A stretch of DNA of 64,000 nucleotides from assembly GCA_038128265.1 (NCBI GenBank), contig JAYPJE010000019.1, forward strand, positions 1 through 64,000. The letters are read 5' to 3'. The position numbers and the translations under genes were made by a program. The notes below the pieces were generated by a model. That model did no database searches. It saw nothing but the letters and a program-made list of their open reading frames with translations, and was not told the origin of the DNA. Below, piece by piece: positions 26,650-39,619 of this stretch (positions are counted from its first letter, which is position 1; every line of letters begins with the position of its first letter). The DNA comes from Gemmatimonadota bacterium. Its GTDB lineage: Bacteria > Latescibacterota > UBA2968 > UBA8231.

Positions 26650-27535
26650 AAGCGGGCAACGCAATGCCGCGCATGGGCGAGTACTGGCCGCGCACCTGCG
26701 TGACGTGCAGTTCACAGTTGCGCCCGCCCCACGCATAGACCTGGCGCACCAGCGACGCACACTCAGCCGGCACTAAAAAGAGCGTCGAGCGCCCCGGTCG
26801 GCCCAGCAGCTGCTGGTATATAAGCGCGGCGGCCCCGTCTTCGCTCTGCGCTACGCCCGGCCCCAACATATCGCGACTAGCCACGAGAAAACCCGTCAGC
26901 TGTCCGCCATGCTCGCACACGCACACATTCCAAAAACCCTCCCGATTGTCGACGAAGTGTCGATAGTCACCGCCCCGATCAATTCCGCAGAGGGTGCGCT
27001 CTAACGCCGCCATGGATTCCACATCCTCTGGGCGCGCGGCACGCACGCTCGCCAGCGCGGAAGGCGGTGTATCCAACCCCGCTTCGGGCACGTCGACAAC
27101 GACGTCCTGATAGAGGCAGCGCGGCACGAATCCGGCGCGCGTATAGAGCGAAAAAGAATCGAGGTTCAGCGCACTAGAGACCAGGCGCAGCGGCATCTGC
27201 AGCGCGTCGGCTCGGCCGACGATATATGCGAGTAGCGCGCGTGCCACCCCGCGACCAAAGTAGTTGGGATGGGCATTCATAATGCCCAGCGATACGTGCG
27301 TTGGCCGCTCGTGGTAAAAGCACGAACCAGCGAGCTGTCCATCCAGCTCAGCGACCAGCCCAGCGCTGCCTTGGAGCGCACTGTATACCTCGTAAAACAC
27401 ATCGGCCGAACGCGGCCCATCGGGAAATATACGGCCCATGCCGCGCGCCTCGTACCAGTAGTTGGTGGACACGCAGATAAGCTCGGCCACCGCCGATCGA
27501 TCGCCTGCTTCCATACGGCGTATTTGTGGTATCAT
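26630..27535 (-). CDS. GNAT-family N-acetyltransferase
   Basis: Acetyl-CoA motif HPNYFGRGVARALL, SLYTRAGF. Confidence 0.8.
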   Translation of the reverse strand: MIPQIRRMEAGDRSAVAELICVSTNYWYEARGMGRIFPDGPRSADVFYEVYSALQGSAGLVAELDGQLAGSCFYHERPTHVSLGIMNAHPNYFGRGVARALLAYIVGRADALQMPLRLVSSALNLDSFSLYTRAGFVPRCLYQDVVVDVPEAGLDTPPSALASVRAARPEDVESMAALERTLCGIDRGGDYRHFVDNREGFWNVCVCEHGGQLTGFLVASRDMLGPGVAQSEDGAAALIYQQLLGRPGRSTLFLVPAECASLVRQVYAWGGRNCELHVTQVRGQYSPMRGIALPAFMPETG

Positions 27536-27651
27536 GGGGGCCCAATATCCCCCCCGCGCCCAGCGATGTCAAGCCAGTCCCATAGACGCTGTTGGCACAC
27601 TTCATATATTCTGAATGCGCATTATCAAACCACTACAAACGGACGACGACC

Positions 27652-28707
27652 ATCGATACTGTCACTCAACTCGCACTTGGCGCCGCCGTCGGCGAAGCCC
27701 TGCTCGGACGCCGAGCCGCACACCGTGCAGCGCTGTGGGGTGCGGCCGCCGGCCTGACGCCCGACCTGGACGTGCTGCTGGGCGCCTTCACCAGCGAGAC
27801 AGTGCAGCTCGGCATTCACCGCGGCCTTTCGCACTCACTGCTCTTTGCCGTTGCCGGCGGCCTGCTCGGAGGTAAGCTAACGGCGGCGCTGCATTCCCAA
27901 CTAGACGTGCGCTGGCGCGACTGGGCTACGCTGTGGTTTTTGGGTTTACTCACTCATGCCCTTCTCGATTCCTTCACTATGTACGGCACGCAGTTATTCA
28001 ACCCATTTAGCACCTATCCCGTCGCCTTTTCAACCATCTTTATCATAGACCCGCTCTACACGTTTCCCCTGCTCTTTTTGCTTTTGGCTGCACTGCGCCA
28101 CCCGCCCGACGCGCAGCGCCGGCGCCGGCTCAACGGCCTTGGCCTGACTATCAGCTCGTGCTACCTGTTGCTGACGGCAGCCAACAGTCTACACGTTCGG
28201 GCGACCTTTGCCGATGCCCTCAACAGTCGGAATATCCCCTACCAGCGACTCTTTGCGGCACCTACGCCGCTCAACAATCTGCTGTGGATGGGCATCGCCG
28301 AGTCCGACGATGCGCTTTACGTTGGGCTGTACTCCCTATTCGACGACAGGCCGCCGGACCGCTTTCGCCGCATTGAAAAAAACACAGCGCTGGTCGCTCC
28401 CTATTGGCAGCAGCGCCCGCTGCGCGCCCTGCGCTGGTTTTCGCGCGGCTACTACCACGCCCATCGCGAAGGAGACGATCTCTTTTTTAACGATCTGCGC
28501 TTTGGCCGCTCTGACATCTGGCTCGATGCCGATGGAGACTACATATTCTCTTTTCGACTCCTGCGCGACGCGCACGATGCCGATCTCATCGTCGACTTTG
28601 CGCAGCGGTCGCCTACTTTTGCCGCCCATTCGGCGCTGCTGAAGCGCTTTGCACGACGCATTGGCGGCGATGTCAGCGTCGTCGAATACGCGATACGCGA
28701 ACACTGA
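27652..28707 (+). CDS. inner-membrane metal-dependent hydrolase (YdjM/DUF457 family); start uncertain
   Basis: DTVTQLALGAAVGEA, PDLD, HRGLSHS, HALLDSFTMYGT, IFIIDPLYT, DLRFG. Confidence 0.82.
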   Translation: MDTVTQLALGAAVGEALLGRRAAHRAALWGAAAGLTPDLDVLLGAFTSETVQLGIHRGLSHSLLFAVAGGLLGGKLTAALHSQLDVRWRDWATLWFLGLLTHALLDSFTMYGTQLFNPFSTYPVAFSTIFIIDPLYTFPLLFLLLAALRHPPDAQRRRRLNGLGLTISSCYLLLTAANSLHVRATFADALNSRNIPYQRLFAAPTPLNNLLWMGIAESDDALYVGLYSLFDDRPPDRFRRIEKNTALVAPYWQQRPLRALRWFSRGYYHAHREGDDLFFNDLRFGRSDIWLDADGDYIFSFRLLRDAHDADLIVDFAQRSPTFAAHSALLKRFARRIGGDVSVVEYAIREH

Positions 28708-28727
28708 ACTAACCGGGAGAGCCCGTA

Positions 28728-31157
28728 TTGTATTACCTCCTAATCGCCCTACTCGCTCCGAGCACACTGCTGGCACAACAGCCGCCTTACGGACTGGCCG
28801 AACGCCAAGCCAATACGTCGCTGCTGCTGGACAGCCCCGGCTACGCGCTGGCAGCTATGAAATTGGAGCGCGTCTTTGCCGATCTGCGCTTTTCCTCGTC
28901 GCTGCACCTGACCCACGCCGGCGATGGATCGGATCGCCTCTTTGTCGTCGAGCGCAGCGGCACGGTGCGCGTTTTTGCCAACAAAGAAGGTGCCCAGGCC
29001 AGCGTATTTATCGACCTGCGCGACCGGGTTCGCACGCCGTCCAGCGAGACCGGCCTGCTCAGCATCGCCTTTCACCCGCGCTACCGCGACAACGGCCTGT
29101 TCTACGCCTTTTACACCACCGGCGATCTCATTACGCGCGTTTCCGAATTTAGCGTTGACCCCGGTGATCCACAGCGCGGCAACCCATCCAGCGAACGCGT
29201 TCTGCTCGACGTGGAACAACCGGCCGGCAACCACAACGGCGGGCAAATCGCCTTTGGCCCAGACGGCTACCTCTACATTGGACTAGGCGACGGCGGACGC
29301 GCCAACGACGTGTTTAAAAACGGGCAGGATCCCACTACTCTGCTCGGCGCTATTCTGCGCATCGACGTCGACCAAAGCGAAGAGGACCGGGCCTATGCCA
29401 TTCCGGCCGACAACCCCTTTGACGGTAGCGATGGGCGCCGGCGCGAAATTTGGGCCTGGGGCCTGCGCAACCCGTGGCGCTTTAGCTTTGACCGCAAAAC
29501 GGGCGAACTATGGGCCGGCGACGTCGGCCAGAACGAATGGGAAGAGGTCGACCTGATTGTGCGCGGGGGCAATTACGGCTGGAACACCATGGAGGGCACG
29601 CACTGCTTTAACCCATCCAACGACTGCGACCCTAGCGGGCTCGTGATGCCCGTTTACGAGTATAGCCACGGCATCGGGCGCTCCATTACCGGGGGCCACG
29701 TCTACCGCGGTCCACGCCTCATCCGCCTGCAGGGAGCCTACCTATACGGCGACTTTGTCGATCGCCAGGTCTGGGCGCTGCGCCGACTGGCCGACGGACG
29801 GGTAGAAAACCAGCTGCTCGCTCTCAGCCCATCGCCCATTGCCAGCTTTGGCGAGGACGAGCAGGGCGAGGTCTACATCGTCGGATTTGACGGAGCCATC
29901 TATCGCCTGGCAGAAGGGGACGACGCCGATCCGCCGGGCAATATTCCCGCGAAGCTATCGACTTCTGGCCTGTATGAAGACATGGCAACGCGCCGTCTGG
30001 CCCCGGGCATCATCCCCTACTCGGTCAACGCGCCGTTTTGGTCCGACGGCGCCGACAAGGAACGCTTTATTGCCCTTCCCGGCATGGAGCAGATAGAATT
30101 CACGCGCGACGGCCACTGGACCTTTCCCGCTCAAAGCGTGCTGGTAAAAAACTTTTATTTAGGCGAGCAGATTGTCGAGACGCGCTTCTTTGTTAAACGA
30201 CCGACCGGCGAGGCCTGGGACGGCTACAGCTATATGTGGGACGGCGATGAGGCCACGCTGCTAACGGAAAGCGCTACGCGCACCTATTCGATAGACGGCC
30301 AGGAGCGCACGCATTACTTTCCGAGCCGCGCCGAGTGCCTGTCCTGTCATACGCCGCAAAGCGGCTACGTGCTGGGCGTCCGCACGGCTCAGCTCAATGG
30401 CGACCACCCCTATGCGCTAGCTACCGACAACCAGCTGCGCACACTCGACCACATCGGCCTGTTTACAGAGCGCATCGACGCTCCACCCGACGCCTTACCG
30501 CGCCTGCCGCGCTACGACGACGAACGCGCCCCCCTCGGCGAACGCGCGCGCGCCTATTTGGATGTCAACTGTGCGAGCTGTCACCAACCCGGCAGCAGCG
30601 GGCGCGGCGATATGGATATGCGCTTCTCCGCGCCGTTGGACGCCACCCGCCTTGTCGACGTGCCTCCGCTCTACGGCGATCTCGGTCTGTCGACACCGCG
30701 CCGCATTCGCCCCGGCCAGCCGCAAAACTCCACGGTGCTGGCGCGCATGCGCGCGCTCGACGGCCGCCGCATGCCGCCACTGGCCTCGCTGCGCGTCGAT
30801 GCTCAAGGAACCCAGCTGCTGGCGCGCTGGATTGCCGAACTCGGCGCAACGGCCGTAGTTGAAAGCGAGGCAACGCCGGCTCGTCTCGCCCTCGACCAAA
30901 ACTATCCGAACCCGTTTAACGCCAGCACTGAAATCCGCTATGCGCTGTCAAACCGTGGACACTTCTCCCTGACAATCTACGACGCCCTCGGCCAGCGCGT
31001 GCGCCAGCTCGCATCCGGCTACGCCGCGGCCGGTGACTATACGGCGCATTGGGACGGCCGCAGCGACAGCGGGCGGGCGGCGGCCAGCGGAGTGTACTTT
31101 TATCGCCTGCGGCTGGATCAGCAAACGCGGGTCCAGCGCATGGTGCTGCTGCGCTAG
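28728..31157 (+). CDS. PQQ-dependent glucose/sorbosone dehydrogenase fused to diheme cytochrome c and FlgD-Ig/T9SS-like C-terminal domain
   Basis: GLLSIAFHP, NHNGGQIAFGPDGYLYIGLGDGG, GLRNPWR; CLSCH and CASCH; QNYPNPFN...WDG...ASGVYFYRL. Confidence 0.88.
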   Translation: MYYLLIALLAPSTLLAQQPPYGLAERQANTSLLLDSPGYALAAMKLERVFADLRFSSSLHLTHAGDGSDRLFVVERSGTVRVFANKEGAQASVFIDLRDRVRTPSSETGLLSIAFHPRYRDNGLFYAFYTTGDLITRVSEFSVDPGDPQRGNPSSERVLLDVEQPAGNHNGGQIAFGPDGYLYIGLGDGGRANDVFKNGQDPTTLLGAILRIDVDQSEEDRAYAIPADNPFDGSDGRRREIWAWGLRNPWRFSFDRKTGELWAGDVGQNEWEEVDLIVRGGNYGWNTMEGTHCFNPSNDCDPSGLVMPVYEYSHGIGRSITGGHVYRGPRLIRLQGAYLYGDFVDRQVWALRRLADGRVENQLLALSPSPIASFGEDEQGEVYIVGFDGAIYRLAEGDDADPPGNIPAKLSTSGLYEDMATRRLAPGIIPYSVNAPFWSDGADKERFIALPGMEQIEFTRDGHWTFPAQSVLVKNFYLGEQIVETRFFVKRPTGEAWDGYSYMWDGDEATLLTESATRTYSIDGQERTHYFPSRAECLSCHTPQSGYVLGVRTAQLNGDHPYALATDNQLRTLDHIGLFTERIDAPPDALPRLPRYDDERAPLGERARAYLDVNCASCHQPGSSGRGDMDMRFSAPLDATRLVDVPPLYGDLGLSTPRRIRPGQPQNSTVLARMRALDGRRMPPLASLRVDAQGTQLLARWIAELGATAVVESEATPARLALDQNYPNPFNASTEIRYALSNRGHFSLTIYDALGQRVRQLASGYAAAGDYTAHWDGRSDSGRAAASGVYFYRLRLDQQTRVQRMVLLR

Positions 31158-31166
31158 AGCACACAG

Positions 31167-31207
31167 AAAAAGGGGTGCGTCCGCACTGCACGCGCGGCCA
31201 CACCCCC
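31167..31207 (-). terminator. rho-independent terminator
   Basis: Minus strand GGGGTGTGGCCGCGC-loop-GTGCGGACGCACCCC-TTTTT (imperfect stem). Confidence 0.6.
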
Positions 31208-31236
31208 GACACATTACCATCTCTGTAGGCGCTTGT

Positions 31237-32457
31237 CTACAGCAGCTTCCACGCCTTGTCGACGTCGCGCTGGTAGGCGTCGACCTTGCCCTTGAGCACG
31301 TCGGCGACCTTCACTACTTGGCCGCTCTTGCCCGACTCGTAGACCGCTTCGCTTACCGCCTTGCTGCGCAGCCCTTCCTCCACGTCAATTTCCACCGGAC
31401 GTCCCTTGCTCAACGCGTCGATAAAATCCCACAGTTCCAGCGTAACGCCACCCGTAATGCCATAGGGAAAGAGCTGCTCCCTCCTCCGCGAACTGAGCGT
31501 ATCCAAGTAGAGGGTTTGCAGCTTCGGCATGTTGAAGGTCGTGCCGTCGAGTAGCTGGCATTCGCCGGCGGCCTGAAAAGCAGCCGGATGAAAAATATCT
31601 GAATCGATAATAGATCCCTTGGTGCCCGACATCGTCAGCTGCGTAAAGCCCTTGCCCGGAGCGCTAATGGTCCACGACCAGGTGCCTACCAGCCCGCTCT
31701 TGAAGTTGAAGATACTCGTCCAAAAATCTTCCTGCGCGCTATCGACGACCTTGTTGCCCTTTTTGTGCGGTCGCTTGTACATATGCTCAACGCGCGCATA
31801 TACGCTGTCTATTTCGCCAAACCAGTAGCGCATGGTGTCAACCCAGTGCGCACCGCTGTCCATAACCATGCCGCAGCCGCCTAGCTTGCGATCGATGCGC
31901 CAGTGCCAGTTGGGCACGTTTTGGGGATCCTGCCAGCCCGCGCGAATGGCCCACCACATTTTGGGTTCGCCCAGCAGGCCATCGTTAAACGCCCAGTGGA
32001 TCGTGCGCTGACCAATGGCGCGGCGGCACTGTTCAGCGGTAGCGGCTACTAGCCCACGCCGTTTGGCGGTTTGGGCTATTTTTTTGCTGGCGCGCACCGT
32101 GACGCCGATCGGCTTTTCACAGAGCACGTTAACACCGCCATTGAGCGCTTCACACGCCAGCACGTGATGCAGGCCGTGCGGACTGCAAATATCGATGCCA
32201 TCTACCCTCACACCGCTGTTGAGCAGCTGTTCTAACGTGGCAAAGGTAGCCACGTCCCAACCGGCGTTTGCCCGCAGGCGATCGGCAAAGTGCTGCGCGC
32301 GCTCCAAGGCTTCATCAACGCAGGCTACGATGCGGAAACGCGTCTCGCCCTTGCTGAGCAGCTCTTCATAGCCGTTGAGATGTGCGCCGGCCATGCCGCC
32401 GCAGCCGACCATGGCTAGGTTGATCACCTTGCCCTTCTTCTTTGCTGCCATTGCCAA
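31237..32457 (-). CDS. Gfo/Idh/MocA family oxidoreductase
   Basis: VGCGGMA, CSPHGLH, CEKPI, DSGAHWVD. Confidence 0.88.
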   Translation of the reverse strand: MAMAAKKKGKVINLAMVGCGGMAGAHLNGYEELLSKGETRFRIVACVDEALERAQHFADRLRANAGWDVATFATLEQLLNSGVRVDGIDICSPHGLHHVLACEALNGGVNVLCEKPIGVTVRASKKIAQTAKRRGLVAATAEQCRRAIGQRTIHWAFNDGLLGEPKMWWAIRAGWQDPQNVPNWHWRIDRKLGGCGMVMDSGAHWVDTMRYWFGEIDSVYARVEHMYKRPHKKGNKVVDSAQEDFWTSIFNFKSGLVGTWSWTISAPGKGFTQLTMSGTKGSIIDSDIFHPAAFQAAGECQLLDGTTFNMPKLQTLYLDTLSSRRREQLFPYGITGGVTLELWDFIDALSKGRPVEIDVEEGLRSKAVSEAVYESGKSGQVVKVADVLKGKVDAYQRDVDKAWKLL

Positions 32458-32642
32458 ACCCCTCTCTCAAATAGGTTGATTTGCGAGCAATATAGGACAA
32501 AGGGTAGACACCCTCAATCCACACATATACCCAAGTACACGCCGACCGACACTCCGGCATTGGCAGCCCAGTTTTGTGTAGTACGGCAGCAGCGCTATAT
32601 TACCCACCCATCTCCAGCTACCCACCTGCCGAGGGCCATATA

Positions 32643-33392
32643 ATGGATATAAACGCAGCCAAACGCGATTTCGACGAGCATGGCTTTGCCGTGCTACGCG
32701 GCTTTATGGATGCCGATGAGATTGCCCAAGTCAACGCCGAAGTCGACCGTTATATAGCTGAAAAACTACCCCAACTGCCCGAAACGGCGGGCTTCTACGA
32801 AGATAAGAACGACCCCTCCACGCTGATGCGCCTGCAAAATATGTGCGACCACGATCCCTTTTTTCACGCACTCTACTACGGAGAACGCATGATGGAGCTG
32901 TGCGCTCAGCTGATGGGCCAACCGGTGCGCGGTAAAAATTTGCAGTGGTTTAACAAGCTGCCCGAGCGCGGCAGGGAAACGCCCCCACATCAGGACGGAT
33001 TCTACTTTATGCTCGAACCCAACGAGGCGCTGACGCTGTGGCTATCGCAGGACTGCGCCGACGAGGAAAACGGCTGCGTGCGCTACCTGCCCGGCTCGCA
33101 TCGCCGCGGCATGCGCCCGCACCAGCGCACCAATATACTGGGCTTCTCACAGGGCATAACGGACTATGGCGAGGACGATCTGTGCGGCGAGGTCCCCGTC
33201 TGCACGCAGCCGGGCGATCTGATCGCTCACCATTCGCTGACGGTGCACCGCGCCGATGCCAATCCCAGCGCACGGGCGCGGCGCGCCCTGGGCTTTGTCT
33301 ACTTTGGCGAGTGCGCTACAGAAGATGCCGAGCGCGCAGAAGCCTACCGCCAGAAGCTGTATGCCGAATGGGAAGGGGAGGGAAAGCTATAG
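32643..33392 (+). CDS. phytanoyl-CoA dioxygenase family (Fe/2OG) protein
   Basis: TPPHQD, ENGCVRYLPGSH, HHSLTVHRA; start at ATG 32643. Confidence 0.88.
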   Translation: MDINAAKRDFDEHGFAVLRGFMDADEIAQVNAEVDRYIAEKLPQLPETAGFYEDKNDPSTLMRLQNMCDHDPFFHALYYGERMMELCAQLMGQPVRGKNLQWFNKLPERGRETPPHQDGFYFMLEPNEALTLWLSQDCADEENGCVRYLPGSHRRGMRPHQRTNILGFSQGITDYGEDDLCGEVPVCTQPGDLIAHHSLTVHRADANPSARARRALGFVYFGECATEDAERAEAYRQKLYAEWEGEGKL

Positions 33393-33401
33393 CGCTACCG
33401 C

Positions 33402-33776
33402 TCAGGCAAACCCGCCGCGCCGCGGCAGGCGAAACGCTCCCTGCTGAAACCAGCCCCAGCCAACGTAAACCATGGCGCACACGACGGCGATTTTTATCGC
33501 CAGCAGTATCGCACCAAATAGACCGACGACCGCGCCAAGCACCGCTTTTGCCCCAATAGCCAGTCCGACGAGCACGGCGAGTACGCCAGCAACCTTACCC
33601 AACGCGCTCTCTCCGCTCAGCCAGCGCGTCCCCAAATAGAGTACGCCGACGGCCAGTGCGATCATGGCGACGAGCACGCCGGCAGCGAAAAACCCGCCCA
33701 GGACGGGAAAGATCAGTTCAATCGCCAGAACGGCGCCCCAAATGACCAGCACTATTCCCAGTATTTTGGCCAACAT
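33402..33776 (-). CDS. hypothetical four-helix membrane protein co-transcribed with pspA
   Basis: Very hydrophobic ORF with GGAG RBS, 42 nt after pspA. Confidence 0.65.
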   Translation of the reverse strand: MLAKILGIVLVIWGAVLAIELIFPVLGGFFAAGVLVAMIALAVGVLYLGTRWLSGESALGKVAGVLAVLVGLAIGAKAVLGAVVGLFGAILLAIKIAVVCAMVYVGWGWFQQGAFRLPRRGGFA

Positions 33777-33818
33777 AACGCATTCTCCCAATCCAATTGA
33801 CCGCCTCGTGGCGGTCGT

Positions 33819-34523
33819 CTACTGATTGACTTTCGCGCGCATCGACGCCAGCTGTTCATCGACGCGCCGTTCGGCTTCCAACGTTTCCAACGCGCGTGCC
33901 CGCGCGTCTACTGCCGCCCATTCGCACCGGGCTTCGGCTTCGGCTTCGACCGCCATCGCCCGCTCTTCAAAACGTGCAACATCGCGCTCGCATTCGCGCA
34001 CGCGCTCTTCGATATCAGCAAAGCGCGCGCGCACGACCTCGGCCCCCTCAACGCCGGACGCAGGCCCTCTCATTGGCGCCCCAGTGCCCATGCGCAGGCG
34101 CAGCGCCTTCTCGCGCTCTTTGGCCTGCTCCAAACGCGCATGCAGTCCGTGTAGCTGCGCGCGCAGCTGAGCGGTCATTCCTTCACGCTCTGCGAGCGCT
34201 AACGCCAGTTCTTCACCGCGCTGAACCAGCTGTGCCTTCTTGACCAACAGCAGCCGCGCCGCCGCCTCGTCGCCCTCGGCTAGTGCCCCTTCGGCCGCGC
34301 GCTGGCAGTCGATTATGCGCGCCTCGTTCGCCGCGTGCTCCTTGCTTAATCGTCGTTCGCCCGCAGTGGCTTGTCCGAGCCCGACAACTGCGCGTTCCAC
34401 GCACGCTTCCATATCGCGCACAGACTGCGCAACAAGCTTCTTTGGGTCTTCAATGTGCTCGAGAAACTGGCCGAACTCTGCACGACAGATTGCGGCCATG
34501 CGGGTCAATGCACTCGGTGACAT
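33819..34523 (-). CDS. pspA: PspA/IM30 family protein
   Basis: EDPKKLVAQSVRDME, ALAEGDEAAAR, coiled coil; sigma-54 promoter upstream. Confidence 0.8.
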   Translation of the reverse strand: MSPSALTRMAAICRAEFGQFLEHIEDPKKLVAQSVRDMEACVERAVVGLGQATAGERRLSKEHAANEARIIDCQRAAEGALAEGDEAAARLLLVKKAQLVQRGEELALALAEREGMTAQLRAQLHGLHARLEQAKEREKALRLRMGTGAPMRGPASGVEGAEVVRARFADIEERVRECERDVARFEERAMAVEAEAEARCEWAAVDARARALETLEAERRVDEQLASMRAKVNQ

Positions 34524-34568
34524 ATTCACTCTCCTCTGCTACGGGTTGGTCGTTCCGCAGTGGGACAG

Positions 34569-34584
34569 TGCAACCTCCGTGCCA
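34569..34584 (-). promoter_or_regulatory. sigma-54 (-24/-12) promoter of pspA
   Basis: Minus strand TGGCACGGAGGTTGCA equals consensus TGGCAC-N5-TTGCA. Confidence 0.85.
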
Positions 34585-34670
34585 ACCTTTCCAGCGCGCC
34601 GTTCGCCCAGAAAGAGGGCGCTTTTACGGCAGAATGCGAATGGCATACTCTATATCCGACGCTGTCCACC

Positions 34671-34685
34671 GGCGGAATTCGCCAA
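34671..34685. promoter_or_regulatory. putative enhancer (PspF-like UAS)
   Basis: Imperfect palindrome GGCGGAATTCGCCAA ~90-100 bp upstream of the -24 box. Confidence 0.45.
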
Positions 34686-35415
34686 TCCGATGGCCGCGCG
34701 CGCCAACGCCCTGCACCCGCTTGGTCCCCTTAATTTGAGTCGCGCTCCGCCCAATAGCGCTCTTCTAATAGCTCAACGCCGCGTATGGAGTGACGGTACC
34801 AGTCTAGCCGCAGTGCATCTTTTTCTCTTTCGCCCAACGACCAGGGCACCCCCTGCACGCGCATCTTGGCCGAGAGTTCGCGCAGCGTTAGCGCAGCGCA
34901 CACGGAAAGGTTGAAACTCTCCGTGAAGCCGTACATGGGTATGCGCACATAGGCATCGGCGGCCGCCAGCGCGCGCGCACTCAGGCCGGTCTCCTCCGTG
35001 CCAAAGAGCACGGCTAGCGGTCTGTCTACCGGCACTTCTTCCAACAGCAAGTCGTCGCGGTGCGGCGTCGTGGCAAAGAGTCGATAGCCGCCTTCCTTGA
35101 GCGCGGCCAGGGCCCGCGCCGAGTTATCGACGCCCTCATCGCGATAGCGGTGCAGCGTAAGCCAGTGCGATGCCCCTCTATCGACGGCTGGATTGAGGTT
35201 ATACTCGTTGCGATTCTCTATGATGTGCACGTCCTGCACGCCGAAGCACTCACAGGAGCGCAGGACCGCCGAGGCATTGTGCGGTTGGTAGATATCTTCC
35301 AGCGCGACCGTCAGCCAACGCGTGCGCTCGCCCAGCACCTCTTCCATGCGCTGCTGGCGGCGATCCGTCACAAAGTCGCGCAGGTGCGCCAGCAGTTGGC
35401 CTTGCTCGTTTGCGT

Positions 35416-36558
<1,143 letters not shown>

Positions 36559-36624
36559 TGAATCTCCTCGCGACGCGTTACGCACTGCGCCGTTGCGTTC
36601 GACTGTTCGTGCCGATCCGCACGC

Positions 36625-38651
<2,027 letters not shown>

Positions 38652-38833
38652 ATACCAACTCCCATCGCCTTTCAGCGCGTTGGGCCACCCCGTAGCGGCG
38701 GCCGTTTACAATAGTGCTTTACGCGCACCAAAACATAGAATTAAGCGGCGAACCGTCAAGAATACTTGACGCAGGAGCACCGGGACTTTTCGTTAATCGA
38801 TACGCACCCGTTTTGCATTGGAGCATGCTCACT

Positions 38834-39514
38834 ATGTGTGGACGCTTTGCCCTCTACCACGACCGCGCTACGCTGGCCGAACACCTCTACGTATGCGATA
38901 TCGCCGTTGAATTTCAGCCGCGCTACAATATAGCCCCCACGCAGGCCGTCGCCGCCGTTTTGAACCCACCCGAACGGAGCGAGCCCGTGCTCGATGCGCT
39001 GCAGTGGGGCCTAGTGCCCTTCTGGGCCAAGGACGATCGCATCGGCAGCCGCATGATAAACGCACGCGCCGAGACAGTCGCAGAAAAACCCGCTTATCGC
39101 GCAGCCTTTAAGCGCCGTCGCTGCCTGCTGCCGGCCAGCGGCTACTACGAGTGGAAAAAGCAGGAGAACGGCAAGACTCCGCACTACATTTCCATGGCCG
39201 ATGGACGCCCCATTGCAATGGCCGGACTGTGGGAGGAATGGAACTCACCCGAGGGGGAGCTGCTTCACACCTGCACGATTATAACGACCGAAGCAAGCAA
39301 GCGCGTTGCACCGGTGCATCACCGCATGCCTGCCATTTTGGACGACGCATCTCAGCGCCGCTGGCTGGAGACCGATCCGGACGAGCGAGCAGCCCTGCAG
39401 GCCCTGCTCGTACCCTACGACGGCGACGATCTGCAGTTCTATCCGGTGTCTACTCAGGTCAACGCCGCGCAGTGGGACGATTCCGCCTGCATCGAACCCG
39501 TCCTCAACGGATAG
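38834..39514 (+). CDS. SOS response-associated peptidase (SRAP/YedK, abasic-site protection)
   Basis: N-terminal MCGRF, YNIAPTQ, WGLVP, INARAETV, HHRMP. Confidence 0.92.
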   Translation: MCGRFALYHDRATLAEHLYVCDIAVEFQPRYNIAPTQAVAAVLNPPERSEPVLDALQWGLVPFWAKDDRIGSRMINARAETVAEKPAYRAAFKRRRCLLPASGYYEWKKQENGKTPHYISMADGRPIAMAGLWEEWNSPEGELLHTCTIITTEASKRVAPVHHRMPAILDDASQRRWLETDPDERAALQALLVPYDGDDLQFYPVSTQVNAAQWDDSACIEPVLNG

Positions 39515-39544
39515 CCGCATCCCTCGCACGCAGCGCACGGCCAA

Positions 39545-39572
39545 TTGAATTTTACCGCGTACTTATTATCTT
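39545..39572 (+). promoter_or_regulatory. putative promoter TTGAAT-N16-TATCTT of acyl-ACP desaturase
   Basis: Read directly from the AT-rich intergenic region. Confidence 0.5.
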
Positions 39573-39619
39573 ACATAAACATTCCTTAACGCTAACGTCA
39601 TACGTTGGGAGTAGCGTTC

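Noticed and set aside
38834..39514. SRAP gene as a marker of a prophage or mobile element
   Set aside because: No integrase, transposase, phage gene or compositional break is visible nearby.
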